64,000 nucleotides of DNA from contig OZ251246.1 in assembly GCA_965240325.2 (NCBI GenBank), positions 1,240,001 to 1,304,000 on the forward strand, read 5' to 3'. Shown here piece after piece: positions 13,014 through 23,700 of this stretch (within the stretch, counting starts at the first letter, position 1; each line of letters begins with the position of its first letter). A model generated the notes under the pieces. That model made no database searches. It was not told where the DNA came from and saw nothing but the letters and a program-made list of their open reading frames with translations. Source of the stretch: Rebecca billardiae RCC1528. Lineage: Eukaryota; Protista; Haptophyta. A program made the translations under genes and the position numbers.

Positions 13014-13195
13014 GCGCCGCCGCCGTCGCGGCCGGCGGCGCCGCCCGCGCCCGACGCGGCGGCGCGCGCGGCGGCGGCGGCGGCGGCGCGCTCGTTCTTG
13101 GCGGATTGGAGCGCCGCGACCTTCTCGGTCGGGCGCACGGATCGCTTCCCCAGCGCCGACACCCGCGGCCCCGGCGGGGGTGGCCGCGTGGGCAT
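9785..13195 (-). CDS. Chromatin/transcription regulator: Tudor-knot/chromo-barrel-like + PHD finger + AP2/ERF DNA-binding domain + acidic tail
   Basis: VLVRFDGAPLGVDEWVP (Tudor-knot-like); CGLC...CEAC...FHPAC...WTCPAC (PHD); YRGVSKRHGRWKARV...IGCFGTELQAARAYDEFALQLHGPKAVLNF (AP2, about 10860-11020); poly-D/E tract. First ATG is at 13195 (the track's 13366 start is TTG). Confidence 0.85.
10452..10533 (-). repeat. Coding trinucleotide repeat (GAC)n(GAG)n giving poly-Asp/Glu
   Basis: Plus strand (TCC)n then (TCG)n run; translates as a long Asp run followed by a Glu run. Confidence 0.9.
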
Positions 13196-13871
13196 CGTGT
13201 CGGGAGAGGGTGTGGCGGTGGTTGCAGGGTGCGTTAGGCCTGGGCGCTCCCGCGTCCGTCCTCCGCCCGGTGGCCTTTCTGGGCTGGCGCTGGCGCGTTT
13301 ACGACCGCTGGCTGGGCGCCCCTTGGCAGGGGCGCTTGCGGCCTCATGCGGCTTGGTCAAGGTCAATCATCCTAACGGCCCCCCTGAAGAGGGCCTATTG
13401 ACGAGACCTGTCCCACTTTCCCTGAGTCCGGCTCGACGCCGATTGGCCGAGGCCGATGCACGCGTCCGCGAGGCTAATTGCAAACCGCCAAGAAAGCCTC
13501 GCGAGCGCGCCGTCTGTCTCATCATTCGTGGGGTCTCTACTATGATGCAATCTCGCCCAATACGCCGAATAAGCGCCTCGCGGGTAGTTGGCTCTCATTC
13601 TGGTTCGTTCTGGTAATCTGGTTCGTTCTGATGGGTCGGCCTCCGCCGCGAGGGCCCCGGACTTCCCGCTATTCCGGATTCTAGCCGCGCCCTTCCCGGA
13701 CTGCCGACCTCTTGAGCAACAGGACCGCGGCGCGCAGCAGGTCCAGCAGGGAGCGCTGCAGCTGCCGCTGAGTCAACAGGCGGCGCGGCAACTCGAGACG
13801 CGCGCCCGGGCGCGCATCCAGGCGCGGCGGCGGGCGGTTCACGAGGCGGCGGCGCGCGCGGGCGGCGCGGC

Positions 13872-15612
13872 ATGGCGGCGCCCATGTCCCAGAAGACCGC
13901 CATGTCGCTCTTCAAGCGGATGAACTACTTCAAGAAGCTGCCCGAGGACCTGACGATCTCGACCGCGCACGGCTCGGTCATGACGATCGTCGGCCTCATC
14001 GCGATGGTGGTGCTGTTCGGGCTCGAGCTCAGCGCGTTCCTCGACGTGAAGGTGGAGACCGCGATCGAGGTCGACGACACCGTCGACACGATGATCCGCG
14101 TCAACTTCAACCTCACCGTCGACGACATCCCGTGCGAGTTTGTCTCGGCCGACATGACGGACGCGACCGGCACGTACGAGCACAACATCACGCGCCGCAT
14201 CCAGAAGACGCGGCTGAGCGCGCTGCGCCGGCAGATCGCGATCCACCCGGAGATGGGCGCGGGCAAGCCCGCGTACGTGCTCCCCTCCGACGACGAGCTC
14301 GCCGCGCTCGAGGAGAAGCGGATCGCGGCCGCGGCCGAGCGGCAGGCGGCGGAGGCGCAGGGCGCGGACACGAGCAAGCTGCTCGACGTGCACGGCAACC
14401 CGCACGGCGAGGTGGTGGCGCTCTCCGAGTCGTCGCTCGCGGACTACGTGCGCACGCACGACATGGTCTTCGTCAACTTCTTCGCGCCGTGGTGCCACTG
14501 GTGCCGCGAGCTCGAGCCCATCTGGGACGCGGCCGCGGCCAAGCTGCCCGAGCTGCACTACGGCGAGCACGTCAAGATGGCGAGCGTCGACTGCGTCGCG
14601 CACGTCGAGTTCTGCCGGACGATGCACATCCGCGCGTTCCCGACGCTGACGCTGTACTCGGACCACACGATGGACCACTCGCTGCTCTACCGCTCCACGC
14701 GCTCGACCGAGGCCATCCTCGACTTTGTGGAGACGAACGCGCAGCGGCACCACGTGCCGCACGAGGACAAGGCGGAGCACGAGAGCAAGGTGGCGGCGCT
14801 CTCCACCAAGCAGACGCACGGGCACGGGCCCGAGGCGTGCATGATGTCGGGCGTGCTCGTGGTGAAGAAGGTGCCCGGCGCGATGCACATCAAGCTGCAC
14901 TCGCCGCAGTACTCGCACGCTGCCGAGCTGATGAACGCCTCGCACGTGCTGCACCACCTCTCGTTTGGCGGCGCGCCCGACGAGAGCGCGCCGCTCGAGA
15001 AGCGGCAGAGCGCGACGCAGATCCTCAACGTGGGCAGGTCGCAGGTGGCCGACGTGCCGTTCGTCACGGACGCGATGGGGCGCACCTTTGTGCACTACCA
15101 CAAGGTGCGCGCGCAGCAGCAGCAGCAGCGCGCGCGCGCCGCCGGCGCGGCGCGGCGTTGGCCGCGGCCACGCTCACGCGCTCGCGCCCTCCGTCCCTCC
15201 GTGCTGCCTGCCTGCCTGCCGCAGGTGGTGGCCAAGGTGCGGCAGAAGCTGAACGGCGCCACGTTCGGCTCGTACGCGTACACGATGCACTCGTCCACGC
15301 ACGAGGAGGTGGAGGAGGCGCTGCCCGCCATCAAGTTCGTGTACGACTTTGCGCCGATGAAGGTGCGCCGCGCGGCGGCGCGCGCGGCGCGCGGCGCGGC
15401 GGCGCGGCTGAGCCCGAGCGCTCGCCCGCGCCGTGCGTGCGCGCCCTGTGCGCGCGCGCGTGCTGCAGGTCGTGTACAAGGAGTCGTCCACGCCCACGTA
15501 CCACTTTGTCACCTCGCTGTGCGCCATCATCGGCGGCTTCTTCACGCTGCTCTCGCTCGCCGAGTCGTCGATTCACTTCTCGATCGAGACGATCTCAAAG
15601 AAGCTCATGTGA
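13872..15612 (+). CDS. ERGIC/Erv41-Erv46 family protein with internal thioredoxin domain (PDI-C / PDIL5 type); 3 exons (13872-15104, 15225-15362, 15469-15612)
   Basis: N-terminal FKKLPEDLTISTAHGSV + TM + VNFNLTVDDIPCEFVSAD; Trx FFAPWCHWCRELEPIW; COPII C-domain CMMSGVLVVKKVPG, PAIKFVYDFAPM, TSLCAIIGGFFT. Spliced C-terminus ends KKLM* (KKXX ER-retrieval signal). Confidence 0.92.
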
Positions 15613-16030
15613 GACGCAGCATGGACAGTCTCAGTCTGCCGCTGCGCGGGGACAGAGTGCGCAATGTGCGTGTCACACTGGTCCACTGCCGATCGGCTCT
15701 CCGGCTCTGATGAGGCAGACAGCCGGCGCCATATTCGTGATCGGACCGGCGGCGCGGCTGAGCCTGAAGACTGAGGGGCCATCATTGGACAACGTCGTAG
15801 ACTGCCGCCAATGATCAGAACGCTGCGTTGCGGAACCCGCGTTGCGCACATCATAACGCCTGGGAGCTGACGAGCGGTGTGCGTAGCTAGTTATAGCTAA
15901 CTATATAGTGCGCTTATTCACTCAGTCAATGCTGGGTAACGGGGCGTAGTGGAAATGTCGTTTCATGGGACCGCGTAACGTTACTGTGCGACAAGTTTTG
16001 GGGCGCGGGCGGCACTCCTCTGCGGGCGCC

Positions 16031-16801
16031 ATGGCCGCGGACGCGATGGCCTCGGCCTCGGCCGTCTTCTCGCAGCTGTCTGAGGCGTCGACGACGTCCG
16101 AGCTGCGCGCGGCGCGCGTGCAGCAGCAGCAGTCGCTCGAGAACGCGCTCTACGCCTCGCAGGTGCGCGGCTGGGTCCTCGCGCGCACGCCTGAGCGCGT
16201 GTTTGACCCGCAGGGCGCGAGCCGGCGGCAGTACGGCGAATGGTTCCGCCTGCTCGACGTGGAAGGCATCGGGCACGTGAGTCGGGGCTCGATTGAGACC
16301 CTCTGCAACGCGATCGGCACCCCCGTCGCCGAGCCGCGGCTGCGCGCCATGTTTGCCACCGTCGAGAAGCGGCTGGACCAGCCGCTGACAGAGCCGGAAT
16401 TCCTCAAGCTGATGGCACACCACGGGCACGAGCTCGGCGCGCTGCAGAAGGACCAGGGCACCGTCGCCGTGGCGTTCCTCGCCGTGCGGCGCGCGAGCCT
16501 GCTCGAGGGCATGACCGACTCGACGCGCCGGCGGCACACGGTGCGCGACATCCAGCGCACGCTCCGCCGCCTGCGCCAGGCAGAGACGGCCGCTGCGGCC
16601 GAGGCGCGAGCCGCCCGCCGCGCGCTCATGGCGCGCGGCGGCGAGAGCCTGGACGCCCTCAAGCAGCTGGACGACGAGCTGCTTGGGGACGAGGACGAGG
16701 GGGACGAGGAGGAGGAGGGGGAAGCGCCGACGGCGCCGGCGGTGCCGCCGACAAAAGCTGCTGTTGAGAAGCGTGCATCAGTCAGCCATCCCGGACCGTA
16801 A
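16031..16801 (+). CDS. Degenerate EF-hand (calmodulin/centrin-like) protein
   Basis: WFRLLDVEGIGHVSRGSIETLC...LRAMFATV...LTEPEFLKLM helix-loop-helix pair; coding-like codon usage. An upstream in-frame ATG exists at 15965. Confidence 0.6.
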   Translation: MAADAMASASAVFSQLSEASTTSELRAARVQQQQSLENALYASQVRGWVLARTPERVFDPQGASRRQYGEWFRLLDVEGIGHVSRGSIETLCNAIGTPVAEPRLRAMFATVEKRLDQPLTEPEFLKLMAHHGHELGALQKDQGTVAVAFLAVRRASLLEGMTDSTRRRHTVRDIQRTLRRLRQAETAAAAEARAARRALMARGGESLDALKQLDDELLGDEDEGDEEEEGEAPTAPAVPPTKAAVEKRASVSHPGP

Positions 16802-18016
16802 GCGGTAAGATATGGCAGACGATGATACGGCTGAGCGCGGCCCTGTTACTCATCTGTTAGACTACGCGGGCCGCTCAATAAAATATGGCTAACTATACTA
16901 TAAGTACTGCTCGTCGTCAATTATATTTATAATCTGCTGTGAGCAGCCCGTTCGGATGTGCCGTGACGCCATCGGCAGGGCCACCCGAATATCGGCCATC
17001 ATGATGCCAGTCGTGCTGACCGCGAGTGGACGATGAAGTGATCATCGTCGTATGATGTCATCACTATATATATACAACCGGCGGTCGTCCGACCCGAGTA
17101 CCGTAGTGCGGCACTGCACAGCGGCCCGGACCCGGACGCCGGTTATCTGCGCGGGATTTCCGGTCCGACATTGGACTGTCGTACTACGTGTATACTGATG
17201 ACTCTGAGTACTCTCTGACTCGGCGCCCGGACATCAGCTAGTGCCCGACGCGCAGGCGGCCGGCCGCCCGGTGATATGATAGATATCGTCAGACGAGAAT
17301 CGTCATCAGCAGCTAGATTTCGGTCCGATGCAGCGGCCGGCGGCGGATCATCATGCGAATGGCGCATATACTCGTGAGAGGCTCGCGGGAGCAGTCGAGT
17401 ACCGCCTACCCGGGACCCGGTCCCGGGGACGTGAACTTACCCCCGGGTGCGGCACCAGCAGATACGGTGATGATGATGCCACCGTACGGCGGGAGTAGTC
17501 ACCCGGCGCGGACCGGACTCCCCGGGTCACTCCGGGTAGTAGTCGGTAGACGGTACGGTCCGCGCCGCGGTACCGCCCCGAAGCCTAACGCATCAGCTAC
17601 TAGGGACCGGCCGCCGGACGGAGTCGATGTAAGTGCGCGCGCGATCATCATATATATATATATATATCGTCGGACGCCCGCGCGCCTGATATGATGCGAC
17701 GCGATGCCACGAGCAATATCGCCGCCTCGCCGGGACCGGATGCCGTGTGCACTCGATCTGAATGACTGTGAGAGACCGTCGTAGTCTGGAGTCGGATCCG
17801 GGATCGTCATCTAATTGATCGTCGTCACATCAGTGCTGCAGCTGCTGATATCGGCCGCCCGCGGATCACGTCACTATATTCTCGGGCGGCCTCAAGCGCA
17901 CTATATATCTAGCAGCGCAGCATTGGGGCGCTCATCGTCAGTCGTAGTCGATCTGAATGGCGCGACGACGATACGATCTTATTGCATACATATATGCATG
18001 TCAGCAGTAGAAGTCA

Positions 18017-20665
18017 TCAGATCTCGGGCGGGCGCAGCCGCGACGACGACGCCTGCTGACTCGGCGGCGCCGAGCCCGACCGCGCTGCCGGCGGCGGCGG
18101 CGCGCCGCCCTCGGCCGCGCCGTGGCCCCCGTAGCTGCTGGCGCGAGGATCGATCGGCGGCGCCTCGACCGACGGCCTGTCCGAGTGTATGGGCGAGAGG
18201 CCGAGGCTCTCGTCGCTGCCCTCCTCCAGCTCGACGCCCGCGAGCTCCGTGTACGAGGGCCGCGCCTGCCGGCCCGCAAAGCCGGGCTCGCCCTTGGCCG
18301 CGCCGACGGCCTGCAGGAAGCGGCTCGCGCCCGAGGGCGAGGGCCTGATGTCGCCCGAGGGGCGCGACGCGCCGGGCGGCGTCGAGCCGGCCGCGAAGTT
18401 GACGCCGGGCTTCTCCGCGCGCGGCGACGGCGGCGCGGCCGTCTCGTCCGGCAGCGCGTCCGGGCGCGAGGCGCCCTGCCCTCCGGTGGGCGTGCGGTGG
18501 TACGGGAAGCGGCTGTTGCCGAGGGCGGGCGACTGCCCGCGCGACGCGCCGCGCGAGGGCTTCTGCGAGTTGCGCCGACTGCCCGCCAGCACGGCGATCG
18601 GCGCGGCGACGGCGGACCAGCGCGAGGGCGCGGAGGTGCGCGGCGTGAACGGGTTGGACCAGCGCGGCATCCGGCCGCCGTACCCGCGGCCGCGCGGCGT
18701 CTCCGGGCAGTGCGGGCTCATCGGCGTGTCCTCGTGCTCCGCGCCGTGCGGCCGCTGCAGCGGCTCGTCGTCGTCGTCGGCAAAGCCGCCGTGCGAGCCG
18801 CGCATGTCCGTGGCGGCGGAGGCGCGCGCGCGGCTCTTCGTGCGGCCCGAGACGGTGCGGCGGAACACCCCCGCCGCGCGTCCGGACGACTTGGTCACCT
18901 TGGCCGCCTTTGCGTCGATGTCGCGGTCGGGCAGCACGCGGAAGAGCAGCAGCGTGTGCAGCGTGGTGATGCCGGGCAGGCACGCGAGCACGAGCGAGGG
19001 CAGCGCCACGCCCGCGAAGAGGACGAGGTCGACGAGCGCCCAGTACGCGAGGACCGTGTCGTGCAGCGCGGTCTGCGCCGTGAAGCGCGCCGTCGCGAGC
19101 AGCCGGCGCGAGGCCGAGATGAGGTCGGCGCCGTCGTCCGCGTCGCTGGTGGCGGGCACGAGCCACGCCATCACCGAGGTGCCCACCTGCGCGCTCAGGT
19201 AGCGCAGGCAGAGCAGCACGAGGCCGGCGGCGTGCGCGGCGGCGGGGGAGCGCGGGCGCGCGCCGCGCACGAGCCGGCCCCAGCTGCCCCACGTGAGCAG
19301 CACCCACAGCTCCACGCCGTGCGCGCACAGCAGCGCGAGCGCGCACAGCACGTGCACGCCGCGCAGCGCGGCCTCCGAGCGGCACGCGCGAGCGCACGCG
19401 CGCGCGCCAAACGCGACGAGCGCGACGAGCACGATGGCGGGGAGCGGCGAGGCGAAGAGGAAGAGCTCGAGCGTCGCGCGCGCCGTCTCCGCCTCCGAGA
19501 GCACGTCGATCAGCATGTCGCGCGCCAGCGCGAGCAGCGCGCACAGCGCCATCGTGCGCCTGCCCGGCACGATGTAGGACGTGTACGGCCGGTTGTTGTT
19601 GGCGGCCAGCTCGGCGCGCGCCCACGCCACCCAGCCGTCCGCGCCCGGCTCGAGGAGGAAGGCGGCGCCGTCGCGCACGTCGGCGGCGAGCAGCCTGCGC
19701 AGCGCGAACTGGTGCGGGTTGAAGACGAACGGCGCGTACAGCCACGAGAGCACCACCGAGCCCATCGCCAGCCAGAACGAGAAGCCGGGCAGCACGATCG
19801 GCCGCGCGCTCAGCGCGAGCGCGAGGATGGCGGCCAGGTCCGCGCCCGGCAGCATGTTGGACTGGCCGAACGCGCGGTACAGCGCGGAGAGCGGCTGGCG
19901 CGTCGCGCTCATCGAGCGGCCGGTCGCGATGTACGACGCGCCGCCGCTCGAGATCTCCTTCTTGAACGAGTAGCCCGTGAGCTGCGCCTGGAAGGCGAAG
20001 AACATCCACGAGAAGGTGAGCAGCTGCTTGCCAATCATCACGACCGCGGCGATCACGCCCTGGTTGATCGAGAGCTCGAAGAAGAGCGGCATCGCCTGCA
20101 CGGTGACGAAGAGGAGGAGGAGCGGGCCGAACTGCGCGTCGATCAGCGCCGACGCGATCGACGCGTACGACGCGCTCGGCTCGCCGCCCGAGAGCGCGTA
20201 GTCGACGTGGCCGATGGCGAGGTCGCACAGCACGAAGTAGAGCAGCGTGAACGCAAACACCCAGATCGAGAGCTCCATCAGCACGGGGCTGAGGTAGTAG
20301 CCCGTGTGCGCGTAGTAGAAGCCGAGCATGCGCGAGAACTGCAGCCGCGTGCCCAGCCGGTAGCTCTGCCGCGTGAGCGTCATCTCCGCCGCGCCGCGGC
20401 TCAGCTTGGAGACGAACTTCATCTGCGAGACGAAGGACATCTCGCGCCCCTTGCCCACCTGGAAATACTCGCGGTGCACCACGTTGCCGCCGCGCAGCAT
20501 CAGGTCCATCCCGGCGAACACGTCCTCGGAGAGGTTGAGCCCCTTGGTCGCCTTGGACACGCCGCCCTGCGCCATCATCGTCAGCTTCTCCTGCGCGCCC
20601 CCCGGGGGGGAGGGGGCGCGACGGCGCGCGCGCGCGTCAGCCCAGCGGCGCGGCGCAGCGCGCAA

Positions 20666-20708
<43 letters not shown>

Positions 20709-23700
20709 GCGCGGCGCGCGCGGCGGCGCGGCGCGCTGTGCGCGCGCCATGATGTCGGGGTGGCCGTAGTACTGGCGGGAGAGGAGCGGGCGGTCCATCG
20801 TGCGCTGCATCATCGTGCCGAACACGTACTCCGACGTCGCCGAGAAGTTCGCCACCGTGCCGAGCGCCGAGTAGATGTGCTCGCGGAAGCCGACGATGGA
20901 GACGCGCTCGCGCGTGTTGTTGATCTCGGCGCCAAACTCGGCGAGCACGTTGCCCACCTTGAGCGCCTCCTCGAGGTAGCCCTCCTGGTTCGCGTCGATG
21001 GTCTGCAGCAGCCGGCCGCGCACGTAGATCAGCGCGTGGTTCTGGTTGTCCCCCTTCCCGTCGCCGAGGATCGGGTGGCCCGGCAGCTCGACGCGGTAGC
21101 GCGGCACGCGCCGCAGCGGGTTGTCCGAGCGGTGCTTGCACGAGCCGTCGATGAGGCACGAGTAGTAGCGCACGCCGTGCGGCGCGGACGGGGCGTCCTC
21201 CTCCTCGATGTACGCGATCTTGAGCTTGGGCCACTCCTCGAGCATCGCCTCCACGCCGCCGAGGTACTCGTCGTCGAAGTGGTGGTAGCGCTGCATCGAG
21301 ACGACGCACGAGAACTTGATCGACACGATCGCGCGCCGCTCGGCGCGCGAGAGCGCCGGGCGCTGCGCCTGCAGCAGCAGGTCGTACGCGCGCTCGAAGG
21401 CCATCATGCCCGCGACGGTGCGGTACAGCGACTGCGTGCGGTGCGACGCCCACTTGCGCAGCTCGAGCAGCGCCTCCTCCTTCTTGTGCGGCGTGTCGGG
21501 CACGCCCGCCAGAGCCGCGCCGCCCTCGAGCTCGGACGCGCCAACGCCGCCGTCGTCGTCGCTCGAGTCGTCGTCGTCGTCGTCGTCGGCGGCGGCGGAG
21601 GGATACGGCGAGGCGAAGGGCGAGGCGCGGCGGACGCCGTCGAAGGGCGAGGCGCGGCGGGCGCCGACGCCGCCGGCGGCGGAGGAGGCGCTGCCGCGGC
21701 GGCCGCCCACGCCTCCGTCGACGCTGCTGTGGCGGCTGCCGACGGCGGCGGCGGCGCCGCCGTTGCCGCCGTTGCCACCGTTGCCCGCGGCGGCGGCGGC
21801 GGCGCCGCCGACGGCGCCGGTGAGCGAGAAGCGGCGGCCGAACTTGGCGGCGACGGACATGCGCTTGAGCCGGCGCGCCGCCGTCCGGTCGCCCATCTCC
21901 TGCACCTTGCCCGCGAGGTGCGCGCACACAAAGCTCCACGCGCCCTCGCCCACGCGCCCGCGGAAGTTGTTCAGCTCGTCGGGGAAGTACTCCATCAGCA
22001 GCGAGATGAGCGGCTCGGGCACCTGCGCGGCGGGGTCGACGCCCGCCTTGGCCGAGCGCCCGCCGCCGCCCGCCGCGCCCACCTCCGCCTTGGCCAGCTC
22101 CTTCTCCGAGACGAGGATGGTCTCGCCGTAGTGCGGGATGAGCACCGAGAAGGTCGGCAGCGCCTCGACCGGCAGCGGCGACGGCATGCGCGCCATGCCG
22201 AGCGTCTGCATGAAGAAGGTGAGGCGGCGGCGCGCCTCGGACGAGGCGGGGAGCAGCGCGTCCACGTGCTTCCGCGCGCCGCCGCCCTCCGCCGCGCCGC
22301 GCTCCTCGCGGAAGATCTCGGGCACGAGCAGCTCGCGCACGAGCGGCGCGCCCGGCAGGCTGGCCGAGCCGCCGCGCGGCTCGTTCAGCCCGGTGCCGGT
22401 CGCGGAGCGGAGCTGCAGGCCGGCGGGCGGCGCGTCGGCGTCGTCGCGCCCGTCGACGCCGCCGTACTCGAGCCGGCGCAGCTCGTCGAGCGAGAGCAGG
22501 TCCGTCTCGAACATCGAGTGCACGATCGCGTTCCACAGCCGCGCCCACTTGCGCTCGAGCGACGGGTGCAGCCCCTCGTCCGAGGCCGACGCGCGCCCGC
22601 CGTGCTCCGCGCCCTTGTCGAAGGCGAAGATGCGGCGCACGGCGGCGGCGGGGAGCTCGGAGAGGCGGCGGAGCTGCTGCAGCTCGCGCGCGCACGTCGG
22701 GTTCGCGCCGTGCAGGATGTACGCGCCGCGCGCCGTGCCGAAGAGGCAGACGCCGAGCACGTACCAGTAGTAGGTGGACGAGCAGTGCACGCACAGCGCG
22801 TCAAACCACACGAGCGACTGCTGCAGCACGCGCGCGATCAGCGCGCGCGAGCCGTGGAGCTCCCAGTGCAGCCGCAGCTGGAAGAGCGGGCGGAGCGGCT
22901 GCGCCGCCTCCAGCCGCGCCGTCGCCACCGCCGCCGCGCGCAGGATCACCTGCGTCTCCGTCACCGACTTGGCGGCGAAGACGATGAGCCAGAAGAGCGC
23001 CATCGGCATCAGCGTGCCCCTGGGCGCGTACATGTGCGCGTCGAACTGCGCGGTCTTGCGCCGGATGCCCGGCGGGCGGAAGGTGGTGCGCAGCATCACG
23101 ATGGTCGAGAACGCGACGTACAGCACGCGCAGCACCACGTTGTTCGGCAGCCGCGCCAGCGTGGCGAAGAGCGAGACCTGGATGACGTACGGCAGCGACT
23201 TGTCCGCGTCCAGCAGCGTGTGCCACACCGACGAGCCAGGCTTGATCCGGATCTTGGCCATGTCGGCGACGAGGTGGACGAGGCCAGGGACGAGGAAGCC
23301 GGCGTACACGGCGAGCTCGGACGCCGGCTCCGCCCACGTGCCGAACGAGAAGCGGCGCAGCGCGAGCAGGTACAGCCCGTAGAAGGAGACGAAGTGCACG
23401 GTGACGACGCGCACGTACGCGACAAAGCAGCAGTGCCACGAGTGCACCTCCGCGTGCCGCTTGCAGCCGGACAGCGAGCGCGCCCAGTCGGCCTCGGCGA
23501 GGCGCGCCCAGCGCTCCGCCGCGGGCCAGTCCACGATGGGCAGCCCCTCCTTGTCCACGATCTTGCCGATCCGCTCGGGCGTCCACGTCATCTCGTTCCA
23601 GTCGTCGTAGTTCTGCCGCGCCTTGTGCTCGGGGAAGGGCCGCTCGAGCGGCGCGCGCTTCTTGGAGAAGCCGGAGAAGTTGGCGTCGAAGATGTGGGCG

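Noticed and set aside
16860-18000. 1.1-kb spacer between convergent genes with short palindromes and TA runs
   Set aside because: No TIR pair, TSD or convincing ORF found.
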